From an uncultured Acidobacteriota bacterium (GTDB lineage Bacteria > Acidobacteriota > Thermoanaerobaculia > UBA5066 > Gp7-AA6): a stretch of 64,000 nt of DNA. This document shows, piece after piece, positions 54,254 to 63,649 of this stretch. The stretch's first letter is position 1. Each line of letters opens with the position of its first letter. The translations under genes and the position numbers were made by a program. A model generated the notes under the pieces. The model was not told the origin of the DNA. It did not search any database and saw only the letters and a program-made list of their open reading frames with translations. The stretch covers positions 272,741 through 336,740 of the forward strand of contig CAWHKQ010000004.1 in the NCBI GenBank assembly GCA_963829925.1, given 5' to 3'.

Positions 54254-54807
54254 GTCCGACCGCCCTCGATCGCGCCCTGCCCGCCGGCGAAAACCTTTCC
54301 CAGCACCATGTCCGCATCGCGGCGCCGCCCGAACGCGTGTGGCAGGCTTTGCTGACGCAGGACCTCGCCACCTCGCCCGTGTCGAAGGCGCTCCTGGCCC
54401 TCCGCGGTTACGGGAGACGCGCGTTACGGCCGAACATCGGGACTTTTCCCGAGAAGCTCGAGCGATTCGGCTTCACGAAGCTCGACGAGGTTCCGGGCCG
54501 CGAGCTCGTCTTCGGCATTGCGGGCCGGTTCTGGCGACCGGACGGAGGTCTGCGCCGTCTCACGGACCGAGCGGCGTTCATGGCGTTCTGCGAAGAAGGG
54601 TGCGTCAAGGCCGCTTGGAACGTTCGCATCGACGACGCCGGCGAAGAAGCCTCCGATCTCTCGACGGAGACTCGAATCCAATTCTTCGGCACAGCGCCGC
54701 GCGACAAGTTCCGCCTCTACTGGGCCCTCGTCGGTCCCTTCTCGGGCATCCTCCGTCGGAACCTCCTTCGCGGCATCAAGGCTCGCGCGGAGGCTTCGTT
54801 CCCGTGA
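54249..54807 (+). CDS. SRPBCC (START/Bet v1-like) family protein; start codon unresolved
   Basis: HHVRIAAPPERVWQALLTQDL...FTKLDEVPGRELVFGIAGRFWRP...AAWNVRIDD...TETRIQ is typical of SRPBCC ligand-binding proteins. There is no in-frame ATG or GTG after the upstream stop. An out-of-frame ATG at 54308 suggests an indel near the start. Confidence 0.55.
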
Positions 54808-54883
54808 AAACGGACGCGCGGAGGGGGAGAGGCGGGCGGATCCGGCTATGGTGTAATTCTCCCCAAAGGGGTTCAGGCCGACC

Positions 54884-55459
54884 ATGGAAGGTCCTCCCGA
54901 GCGAGACGTCACCGCGCTCCTGAAGGATTGGAGCGGGGGGGACCGGCAGGCGCTCGAACGGCTCATGCCGCTCGTGTACGGGGAGTTGCGCAAGGTGGCA
55001 GCTTCCTACCTGCGTAGCGAGCGACCCGATCACACCCTGCAGCCGACGGCCCTCGTGCACGAAGCCTTCCTGCGCCTCGTGGACCAGCGTTCCGTCGACT
55101 GGGCGAACCGCGCCCACTTCTTCGGCATCGCCGCCCAGATGATGCGGCGGATCCTGGTCGACCACGCCCGGAAGCGTCACGCCGCCAAGCGCGACGCCTC
55201 GCACTATCGGGTGGATACCGCGATTGCCGGGGAGACGGAACCGGACCAGGGCCCGGAGCTTCTCGCCCTCGATCGGGCCCTCGTCGGCCTCGAGAAGCTG
55301 GATCCTCGCCAGGCCCGGGTCGTCGAGCTGCGGTTCTTCGCGGGACTGACGGTCGAAGAGACTGCCGAGGTCGTGGCCATCTCGACGGCCACGGTCAAGC
55401 GCGAGTGGCGCACGGCCCGAGCCTGGCTCAAGCGCGAGATCTCCCTCGAGGCGGACTAG
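54884..55459 (+). CDS. ECF-type RNA polymerase sigma factor (the kinase-associated ECF type)
   Basis: Intact 191 aa. DVTALLKDWSGGDRQALERLMPLVYGELRKVAASYLRSERPDHTLQPTALVHEAFLRL (region 2) and RVVELRFFAGLTVEETAEVVAISTATVKREWRTARAWL (region 4). Confidence 0.9.
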   Translation: MEGPPERDVTALLKDWSGGDRQALERLMPLVYGELRKVAASYLRSERPDHTLQPTALVHEAFLRLVDQRSVDWANRAHFFGIAAQMMRRILVDHARKRHAAKRDASHYRVDTAIAGETEPDQGPELLALDRALVGLEKLDPRQARVVELRFFAGLTVEETAEVVAISTATVKREWRTARAWLKREISLEAD

Positions 55460-55508
55460 CAGGCGGCGGAAAAGGCGTCACGGGCAGACCGAAGGCCTTG
55501 ACGATGGG

Positions 55509-55597
55509 CCGACCACCTGAGGCAGACCCCGGCAGCAGGCGACCCGACCACCAAAACCGACCTGCGACAGTCGGGAAACGCCGGGCGACGCCCGGCG
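55509..55597 (-). repeat. Structured intergenic repeat, copy C (hairpin plus two degenerate tandem core units)
   Basis: Read on the minus strand: hairpin CGCCGGGC-gtc-GCCCGGCG (55597-55579), then TTTCCCGACTGTCGCAGGTCGGTTTTGGTGGTCGGGT, then CGCCTGCTGCCGGGGTCTGCCTCAGGTGGTCGGCC. It begins 50 nt after the stop of the minus-strand beta-helix/SLH paralog. Confidence 0.65.
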
Positions 55598-55647
55598 GTA
55601 ACGACCCGAGGGTGCTCGATCGAATGGACCTTCGATGAACTGCGCTA

Positions 55648-58041
55648 TCACTGAAGTTTGAACGTCTTGACGATGAACACGGCCATCTGCCCGCGCGTGT
55701 TGTTCGAGAGCGGGCAGTAGTTGCCGCCGCCGCAGCCTCCCGTGACCTGCTCGGCCGCGAGCTGCTCGATCCAGTCGGCGAAGGAGAAGGGCAGGGCACG
55801 TCGGCGAAAGCGCCCGCGCAGGCGGGAGGAACGTAGGCCGAGCCGTGCTTCGCCTTGAGGAGGAAGACGGCCATCTGGTCCCGCCGGACCGGATTGGTCG
55901 GGCAGAAGTTGCCGCCGCCGCATCCGGTGGTGATGCCTTCCGTCGGCCAGGGCCTCGATCCAGGCCGGCGAACGTGGAGGGGCAGGGGACGTCGGGAAAC
56001 GTCCCGGTGCAGGGCGGCGGCGATGTAGCAGAGTCCGTGCCGCGCCTTCAGGAGGAAGACCGCCATCTGCTGGCGCAGCGTCGGCTGGTCGACGCCGTAG
56101 AGGCCCCCGCCGATGCCCGACCGTGATGGCGTTCGAGACGAGCGTCGTGACGAAGGAATGGAACTGGTGATTCTCCGGCACGTCGAGGAAGTCCGCGACC
56201 CAGCCTTTCACCAGCGTTCCCGTCGTGCCGTCGGGCGTCGTGACGACGACGTCGTTGACGGTGCCGGCCGGGAGCGATCGGCGAGGTGGAGTAGAGCGTG
56301 TGGTCGTTGACGAACGGTATTCGGGGTCGAGACGCCGCCGATCGTCATGGTCGACGGGCTCGGCGAAGTCGGTGCCGATGACGGTGAGGGGCCGGCCGCC
56401 CGCCGCCGGTCCCGACGACGGGAGTCATCGAGAAGATGATCCGCTGCGAGAACTCCGAGGTGTTGCCGTCGGGGTCCGTGGCCGTGACGGAGATGCGCGC
56501 CCCGTTCGCCGTCGCGACGGGCAGCGTCACGTCGAAGTCGGCGTGCCCGGTGCCGTCGGTCGTGACCTGCGAGGAGCCGAGGTAGGTCTCGCCTTCGAGG
56601 AACTCCCGCGGGAACCGCGCGCAGGCGGGAGTTCGCGTAGAAGTCGAGGTTGTAGGTCGTCGAGGCGGCGCTGTCGAACTTGCCGAGGATCTCGACGGAC
56701 GAGCCGCCGTAGATCGACCGACTGGATGATCGGGAAGTTCTGCAGGCTGTTGGGCCCCGTATCGGCGTCGCCAGGATCGTTCGGCGTCGGCCCGTCGCCG
56801 TTGTGGTCGATGCCGAGAGCTCGTTGTCGTGGATCGAGTTGCCCCGGATCGGGATCTGGTTCGCCTTGTTGACGATCCCCGCCGGGACGCTGGTTGGGAG
56901 ATACCCCGCGTTGAAGGCGATGACGTTTCCCTCTCCGGGCCCCGTTCCGCCGATCTGGACGCCGCCGGCGAGGTTGGCCAGTCAGCACGCCGGTGACGTT
57001 GCCGAGGGGGAGCGTGCCGGTCACGTCCGTTCCGATCCGGTTTCCGAAGACGGTCACGGCGGTGCCGAAGTTGTAGATGTAGATGCCGACGTCGTTACCC
57101 GAGATCAGGTTGCCTTCTCCGGGACCACTGCCGCCGATCGCCAGGGTGTCCGTTCCGCTCACGTTGACGCCGAGCGCGCTTCCGAGAGACTGGGTGCCGG
57201 TGACGTCCGTGCCGATGAAATTTCCGGCGAGAACGTGCCCCGAGCCGTAGCCCACGCGGATGGCGTCACCGAGGTTGCCGCCGATGACGTTCCGCGCTCC
57301 GGCGGCGCTTCCGCCGATCAATGCGTTCGTCGACTCCGCGAGATTGATTCCGTGCGAGTTGGGCAGCGCGGACGTCCCGCTGAGGTCGGTCCCGATGAGG
57401 TTGCCCTGGATGACGGCGCCGTCGGAAGTCTGTACGAGGATCCCGCCGGCGTCGTTTCCGGAGATGAGGTTTCGAGCCGAGGGCGAAGTCCCGCCGATCG
57501 TGTTGTCGTCCGAGGACAGCATGTCGATCCCGGAACCGGTCGAGGCGTCGACGGTGCCGGTGGCGTCGGTGCCGATGTAGCAGCCCTCGACGAGATTGCC
57601 GCCGCCGGTCTGCAGGCGGATCTGCACCGAGAACCCGTTCAGGACGAGGCCGCGGATCGTGCTCCCGCCCGCGGTGATCCAGATCCCGTTGATCTGCCCG
57701 CCGTGCAGCTCGATGAGCGGAGCTCCCGCGTAACCCGGCTGGGTCGTGCCGTCGAGGATCACGGGGGAGGTGAACGTCGCGAGGGCGGTCGGCACGTTGA
57801 TCGTGTGCACGCCGGCTCCCGGGATGGCGAAGGCGATCGTGTCGGTCCCGGGGTTGGCGTTGGCGTCGAGCACCGCCTGACGCAGCGACCCGGCGCCGCT
57901 GTCGCTGGTGTTCGTCACCGTGTATGTGTCCGCCCATGCGGCGGCGCTGCCGAGGGAAAAGATCAAGGCGGCGAAAACCCGGGTCCGGCGGAAGGATTGT
58001 CCTTCAGGTAACCGGGACGATCGGACCGTCTGCATGCCCAT
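55648..58041 (-). CDS. Paralogous secreted parallel beta-helix / SLH-like repeat protein, several frame breaks in the C-terminal half
   Basis: AGGAGGAGAAAA-ATG. Signal peptide, then [30 protein letters not shown], beta-helix repeats [31 protein letters not shown], and C-terminal FLDVP...[31 protein letters not shown] and [30 protein letters not shown]. Confidence 0.75.
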
Positions 58042-58059
58042 TTTCTCCTCCTGGCTCAA

Positions 58060-58088
58060 ATTACGGAAAAAGCCGGCCAGCGGTTCCA
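58060..58088 (-). promoter_or_regulatory. Candidate ECF-type promoter (GGAAC-N17-CGTAA) upstream of the beta-helix/SLH paralog
   Basis: The minus strand reads GTGGAACcgctggccggctttttcCGTAATttgagccAGGAGGagaaaATG. The spacer was counted as 17 nt. This is a pattern match only. Confidence 0.3.
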
Positions 58089-58313
58089 CGGAAAGCCCCG
58101 GCCATCGCTGGAACACGCGCAGGAACTCGAAAATGGGCTCACGGGATACCCGGGGCGGGGGACGCTCCGGTGTGGTCTAATTCGCGCCCGAGGACCAGCC
58201 GAATGGCGCAGCCGATCGAGCCGGACTTGACCCCCTCCTCGAGGAGTCGAGTGGAGGGGATCGGAGGGGCGCCGGACGTCTGATGCCGCTGGTCGTGCTG
58301 GAACCGGGCTGAT

Positions 58314-60809
58314 TTGGCGAGCCGGGTCGGTCCGGAGAAGTGGCCGCGCGTCAAGGCGATCCTCGACGAGGCTCTCGGGTTGAGCCCGGAGGCGCGGGCG
58401 GCGTTCCTGGACCGGGCCTGCGCCGGGGACGAGGCGCTCCGCGACGAGGTGCAGTCCCTGGCACGCGCGGCCGAGGGAGACTGGAGCTTCTTCGACTCGG
58501 ACGTGGCGGCCCGCCGTTTGCCCATGTTCGAGGACGCCGTGCCGCCGTCCCGCGTCGGGGAGCGGATCGGCGCCTATGAAGTCCTCGCCGAGCTCGGGCA
58601 GGGCGGCATGGGCGTCGTCCTTCTGGCCCGCCGGGCCGACGACGAGTTCCAGAAGAAGGTCGCGATCAAGCTCGTGCGGCCGGGCCTGGCCAGCGACATG
58701 GCCCTCCAGCGCTTCCGGAGCGAACGGCAGATCTCGGCGACCCTCGATCACCCGAACATCGCCCGGCTCCTCGACGGCGGCACGACCGAGCGCGGCGAAC
58801 CGTACTTCGTCATGGAATACGTCGAGGGCGAGACGCTGCTCGACTATTGCCGGCAGCACGGGCTCTCGCTCGAGGATCGGTTGCGGCTCTTCCGGGAAGT
58901 GTGTTCGGCCGTCCAGTACGCGCACCAGAACCTCGTCGTGCATCGGGACATCAAACCCGGCAACATCCTGGTGACCGCCGAAGGGACACCCAAACTCCTC
59001 GACTTCGGCATCGCGAAGCTGCTGCAGGCCGAGACCGGCGGGGACGCGCCCGACCAGACGGCCACCCTCCTGCGTGTCCTGACTCCCGAGTACGCCAGCC
59101 CCGAGCAGGTGCGGGGCCGGCCGGTGACGACGACGAGCGACGTGTACTCCCTCGGGATCGTCCTCTACGAGCTGCTGACGGGCGAGAAGCCCTACCGCGT
59201 CGAGACCGTGGACCCGGAGGAGCTCGTCCGCGTCGTGTGCGAGCGCGACCCGGAGCGGCCGAGCACGCGCACGGCGGGGCTGTCGGGGGACCTCGACGCG
59301 ATCGTCATGAAGGCGATGCGCAAGGAGCCGGAGCGCCGCTATGGGTCCGCAGACGCTCTGTCCGGCGACGTCGGACGCTACCTCGAGGGCCGGCCCGTGC
59401 TGGCCCGAAAGGGCTCGGCCTCGTACCGCGCCGGCAAGTTCATCCGCCGGAACCGGATCGCGGTCGCTGCCGCCGCGCTCCTCGCGCTGGTCCTGGCCGG
59501 AGGAGTCTTTTCGACGCTGCGGGAGTCGCGCCGGGCGCGGGAAGCCGAGGCGCGCGCCCAACGCCGCTTCGACGACGTGCGGGCTCTCGCCAACTCCTTC
59601 CTCTTCGAGTTCCACGACGCGATTCGGGACCTGCCCGGCTCGACCGAAGCCCGCGCCCTGGTCGTGAAACGCGCGCTCGAGTACCTGGACAAGCTCTCGC
59701 GGGAATCGGCCGGGGACCGGGCGCTCGACCGCGAGCTCGCCGAGGCCTACCAGAAAGTCGGCGACGTGCAGGGCAACCCGTTCTCCGCCAACCTCGGCGA
59801 CATGCAGGGCGCTCTCGAAAGCTATCGCAAATCGATCGCGCTCCTGGAGCCGGTCGTGGCCGCGGGGGGATCGAGCGACGAGGAGCGCGCCACGCTGGCC
59901 GGCGGGTACCTCGTCAGCGGTGGAATCACGCTCAACACAGGAAACCCGGCGAAAGCCGTGTCGTTGGCGCGACAGGGCCTCTTGCTCCGGGAAGGGCTCG
60001 CGAAAGGCAAGCCGGCCGACCGCGCGCGCCAGATCGACCTGGCCCAGGCCTGGCAGTGGCTGGCCTTCAACCTCGCCGCCGCCAGCCAGGACAAAGAGGC
60101 CGCCGAGGCGCTGGCGCGGCAGGGCGCGATACTTCTCGCACTCCAGCGCTCGGACCCGACAGACCGCGCGGTGCGGCTGAGCCTGTCGCAGAACCTGTAC
60201 CTGCGCGGCCTCGCCTTCCAGAAAGCCGGAGACCAGGACCCCGCGCTCGAGGCCTTCCAGGAGGCGGGAGCGATACTGGACACGCTCCGCCGAGAGGATC
60301 CCGAAAGCGTCGCGTACCGTCGGGCACAGGCGTTCGTGATCGTGGACACCGGAAACACCCTGATCGCCCGAGGCGACGTCGGTCTCGCGCTGGAGGAGTT
60401 CCGGAAGGGGTTGTCCGCCTTCGAAGCACTGGCGGCGGACGACCCGAAGAGCACGGACCCCCTGGTCGGAATCGCCATGGGCCATCACAACCTCGGAGAG
60501 GCGCTCCAGAAGCTCGGCCGGCGGGACGAGGCGCTCCGGGAGCTGCGGCTCGCGGCACGGCGCTACGAGGCGATTCGGGCCGCGACACCGTCGAGCAGCT
60601 GGGTTACCGGGCTCCTCGCGCAGTCCCTCACGACGCTCGCCGACCTGGAGGTCGAAAGCGGCTCGCGGGAAACCGCCTGCACGGACTATCGCCGCGCCCT
60701 GAACCTGTTCGAAGGAATTCAGGCCGGGGGGACCGTCCCGTCCGAACGGCAGGCGGCGTTCGATCGCGCGAAGGCCCGGGTCGCCGCGTGCGCGTCCGGC
60801 ATTCGCTGA
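58314..60809 (+). CDS. Ser/Thr protein kinase with N-terminal sigma-associated region, TM segment and TPR C-terminal domain
   Basis: Intact 831 aa. WPRVKAILDEALGLSPEARAAFLDRACAGDEALRDEVQSLA, GQGGMGVV, AIKLV, HRDIKPGNIL, DFGIAK, TPEYASPEQ, TM VAAAALLALVLAGGVF, then TPR repeats. TTG start at 58314. Confidence 0.9.
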   Translation: MASRVGPEKWPRVKAILDEALGLSPEARAAFLDRACAGDEALRDEVQSLARAAEGDWSFFDSDVAARRLPMFEDAVPPSRVGERIGAYEVLAELGQGGMGVVLLARRADDEFQKKVAIKLVRPGLASDMALQRFRSERQISATLDHPNIARLLDGGTTERGEPYFVMEYVEGETLLDYCRQHGLSLEDRLRLFREVCSAVQYAHQNLVVHRDIKPGNILVTAEGTPKLLDFGIAKLLQAETGGDAPDQTATLLRVLTPEYASPEQVRGRPVTTTSDVYSLGIVLYELLTGEKPYRVETVDPEELVRVVCERDPERPSTRTAGLSGDLDAIVMKAMRKEPERRYGSADALSGDVGRYLEGRPVLARKGSASYRAGKFIRRNRIAVAAAALLALVLAGGVFSTLRESRRAREAEARAQRRFDDVRALANSFLFEFHDAIRDLPGSTEARALVVKRALEYLDKLSRESAGDRALDRELAEAYQKVGDVQGNPFSANLGDMQGALESYRKSIALLEPVVAAGGSSDEERATLAGGYLVSGGITLNTGNPAKAVSLARQGLLLREGLAKGKPADRARQIDLAQAWQWLAFNLAAASQDKEAAEALARQGAILLALQRSDPTDRAVRLSLSQNLYLRGLAFQKAGDQDPALEAFQEAGAILDTLRREDPESVAYRRAQAFVIVDTGNTLIARGDVGLALEEFRKGLSAFEALAADDPKSTDPLVGIAMGHHNLGEALQKLGRRDEALRELRLAARRYEAIRAATPSSSWVTGLLAQSLTTLADLEVESGSRETACTDYRRALNLFEGIQAGGTVPSERQAAFDRAKARVAACASGIR

Positions 60810-61004
60810 GCATCGCTCCCGCGGGCTGGCGAGAACGAGCAGACCCGGCGTTGGACGGACGAATGTGCCCGTTCACCGATCCGTTTTGGTGGACGTCCGG
60901 GGGCGCCGCTAACGTTGGCCCATGCGCTGCAGTCGCGCCCTGCCCGGCCTCCCGGTCCTCGGTCTCGCGGGGCGTGTGCTCATCCGCCGGGAGCCGCGCT
61001 AGCG

Positions 61005-61757
61005 ATGCTCGCCGTCGAGACGGCCGCGCTCACCCACGCGTTCGGCCGTTCGGCGCCTGTGCTCCGCGATGTCAACCTCGCCGTGCCCCGCGGAAGCATC
61101 TACGGCTTCCTCGGCCCCAACGGCGCCGGGAAGACGACGACGCTCCGGCTCCTTCTCGGATTGCTGCGCCGGCAGCGCGGGCGCATCCGCCTGCTCGGCA
61201 TGGAGCTCGGTGCAAACCGCGCGGCGATCCTGGCGCGCACCGGCTCCCTCATCGAGGCTCCCTCGCTGTACGGTCAGCTCACGGCGGCCGAAAATCTTCG
61301 CGTCTGGCAGGTCGTCTCCGGATGTGCGAAGTCACGCATCGGCGAGGTTCTGCGGCTCGTGGGCCTGGGCGACACGGGACGCAAACGCGCCGACCGGTTC
61401 TCGCTCGGAATGCGCCAGCGGCTCGGTGTCGCCATCGCGCTGCTCGCGTCGCCCGAGCTGCTCGTGCTCGACGAGCCCACGAACGGCCTCGATCCGGCCG
61501 GTATCATCGAGATGCGTGAGCTGCTCCAGCGACTCAATCGCGAGACGGGGGTCACGGTGCTCGTCTCCAGCCATCTTCTCGCCGAGGTCGAGAAGCTCGT
61601 GACCGACGTCGGCATCATCCGGCGCGGGCAGCTCGTGTTCCAGGGGCCGCTGCGGGAGCTGGTCGCTCGCGCCGCCGCGGAGTTCCCCGCGGTGATGCCG
61701 GTCAGTCCCCCGCGCCCCGACCTCGAAGCGATTTTCATGAAACTCGTCGGGGACTGA
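61005..61757 (+). CDS. ABC transporter ATP-binding protein (ABC-2 / bacitracin-lantibiotic export type)
   Basis: GPNGAGKTTTLRLL (Walker A), LSLGMRQRLGVAIAL (signature-like), LLVLDEPTNGLD (Walker B), SSH. Confidence 0.9.
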   Translation: MLAVETAALTHAFGRSAPVLRDVNLAVPRGSIYGFLGPNGAGKTTTLRLLLGLLRRQRGRIRLLGMELGANRAAILARTGSLIEAPSLYGQLTAAENLRVWQVVSGCAKSRIGEVLRLVGLGDTGRKRADRFSLGMRQRLGVAIALLASPELLVLDEPTNGLDPAGIIEMRELLQRLNRETGVTVLVSSHLLAEVEKLVTDVGIIRRGQLVFQGPLRELVARAAAEFPAVMPVSPPRPDLEAIFMKLVGD

Positions 61758-61760
61758 GCC

Positions 61761-62546
61761 GTGCACGTCCCGTTCTGGCGAAGTGTGTACAGCGAATGGC
61801 TGAAGGGGCGGCGCTCGCTCGCGGCCTGGCTGGTCGTCGGCGGCGGGCTGCTGGTGCCCGCGATCCTCCTGGCTGTCCGGATGCGGAACCCCTCCGCGTT
61901 GCCCGCGATCTACCGCGGCGAGGTCTTCTGGGAGGATCTCTGGAATCAGGCCTGGGAGAGCCTCGCCATTCTCCTCCTTCCGATGGGCGTCATCGTCCTC
62001 ACGTCGCTCGTGGTCCAGATCGAGCATCGGTACAACGGCTGGAAACAGGTGCACGCCACGCCGCAGTCGGACCTCGGGATCTTCGGGGCCAAGCTGCTCA
62101 TCGTGCTCGCGATGCTCGCGCAGGGCTTCGTCGTGCTGAACATCGGGCTCTGGCTGACGGGGATGGTGCCCCCGCTGGTGTTCAGGGAACTCTCGTTCCC
62201 GGTCGAGCCATTTCCGCTCGCGGCGTTTGCCGCCAGGAGCAGGGATTTCTATGTCGATGTGCTTCCGATCGCCGCCTTGCAGTTTCTCCTCGCCCTGCGA
62301 AGCCGCAACGTGCTCCTGCCGATCGGGATCGGGCTCGGTCTCTGGACCGTGTCGATCACGGCGCTCTCGTGGAAACATAACTATGTGCTTCCCTACGGCT
62401 ACGCGGCGATGGACTTCCTTTCAGAAAAGGGAGGCGAGGTGAGCCGGGGCCTGCCGGCGGCGCTCGGCGTCGTCGCGCTCGTGGCGTCCGGCTCGGCGAT
62501 CTCCCTCGCGTACGGGCTGTTCGTCGCGAAGCGGGATCGGGGTTGA
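61761..62546 (+). CDS. ABC-2 family permease
   Basis: Intact 261 aa with about 6 TM helices. It starts 4 nt after the ATPase stop, and its stop overlaps the kinase TTG (TTGA at 62543-62546). Confidence 0.7.
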   Translation: MHVPFWRSVYSEWLKGRRSLAAWLVVGGGLLVPAILLAVRMRNPSALPAIYRGEVFWEDLWNQAWESLAILLLPMGVIVLTSLVVQIEHRYNGWKQVHATPQSDLGIFGAKLLIVLAMLAQGFVVLNIGLWLTGMVPPLVFRELSFPVEPFPLAAFAARSRDFYVDVLPIAALQFLLALRSRNVLLPIGIGLGLWTVSITALSWKHNYVLPYGYAAMDFLSEKGGEVSRGLPAALGVVALVASGSAISLAYGLFVAKRDRG

Positions 62547-63649
62547 CCGTGCCGGTTTCGTCTCCGGATCCGGGGGCCGCGAGCGTGATGTCGCGGCCCA
62601 GCGTGCTCGTCCTGCACGCGGGCTACTGGACTTCTTATGTGGCGCTGCTCCTGGCGATCCTGACCCTCCTGCAGTTGCGCGACGGCAGGGCCTCGGGCGG
62701 GTGGCCGGTGGCTTTGACGCTGGTGGTCATGGCGGCCCTGACCGTGCCGAACGTGTTCGCCTTCTACGCGAGTCATGCGAGACTCTTTCCGCTCCTGCAT
62801 CAACGCCGTCCCTGGCGCGTCACGGCGGGGAAGGGAGTGCTCATCGGTGGAGTCGCGGCGCTGCTCGCGTTCGCGATCCTCCACGCCGGCGCCGGAGCGC
62901 CACCGCTGCCGCTCACGGAATGGCCGTCGTTCGCCGCCCTCGTGCTGTGCCTGATGGTGCTGGCGGCAGGACATATCGTGCTCGCTCTCGGCGTGCGCGG
63001 TTTCCTCGCGTGGTCCGACGGCCTGCGAGACCGCGAGGCGCGGCACCGTGAGGCTCATGCGCTCGAACTGGCCCTGCTCCGCTCCCGTCTCGATCCGCAC
63101 TTCCTCTTCAACACGTTGAACAACATCGACGTCCTCATCGAGAAGGATCCTCCTCTCGCTTCGGCGTACCTTCAGAAGATGTCGGAGCTGATGCGCTATG
63201 TGCTCTTCGAGGCGGGCACGCCGCGGGTGCCGCTCGCGGCCGAGCTCGCGCACATGGCGCGATACCTCGAGATCGAGTCCCTGCGCCACGCGGACCCGCG
63301 TTACGCCACCTTCGAGGTCGTCGGCGATGCCTCCGGCCTCGCGGTGCCACCCACCCTCTTCATGCCGTTTGTCGAGAACGCGTTCAAGCACGGTGCCCGG
63401 CACGACGGAGCGCAGGTCCGCGTGCGTTGCGAGATCGGCGCCGGCGAGATCGTCTTCCGCTGCACGAACGGCTGCCGCGCGGACGAGGCCGACGCGGGCC
63501 GCCCCGGAGGACTCGGCCACGCCCTGGCGCGGCGGCGGCTCGAGCTCCTCTATCCCGGCCGGCACGCGTTGAAGATCGAGCGCGCCGGCGGCGACTATTC
63601 CCTCAGCCTCACGATCCGGACGGATGACGACCTCCTGCCTGATCGTTGA
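62543..63649 (+). CDS. LytS/YehU-type sensor histidine kinase
   Basis: N-terminal TM helices, then RSRLDPHFLFNTLNNIDVLI (His_kinase/5TM-LytS-type H-box) and PTLFMPFVENAFKHG (N-box). Confidence 0.8.
   Translation: MTVPVSSPDPGAASVMSRPSVLVLHAGYWTSYVALLLAILTLLQLRDGRASGGWPVALTLVVMAALTVPNVFAFYASHARLFPLLHQRRPWRVTAGKGVLIGGVAALLAFAILHAGAGAPPLPLTEWPSFAALVLCLMVLAAGHIVLALGVRGFLAWSDGLRDREARHREAHALELALLRSRLDPHFLFNTLNNIDVLIEKDPPLASAYLQKMSELMRYVLFEAGTPRVPLAAELAHMARYLEIESLRHADPRYATFEVVGDASGLAVPPTLFMPFVENAFKHGARHDGAQVRVRCEIGAGEIVFRCTNGCRADEADAGRPGGLGHALARRRLELLYPGRHALKIERAGGDYSLSLTIRTDDDLLPDR

Noticed and set aside
54251-54310. The possibility that the B12-radical SAM and SRPBCC genes are a single fused ORF.
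   Set aside because: The two are in different frames, and a clean TGA ends the radical SAM protein after a plausible C-terminus. A fusion would need an extra indel for which I have no evidence. I recorded only that the SRPBCC start codon is unresolved.
58295-58330. GGAAC-N18-CGGGTC just before the second kinase, considered as an ECF promoter.
   Set aside because: It lies only about 15 nt before the TTG start, overlapping the likely start region, and the -10 match is poor.
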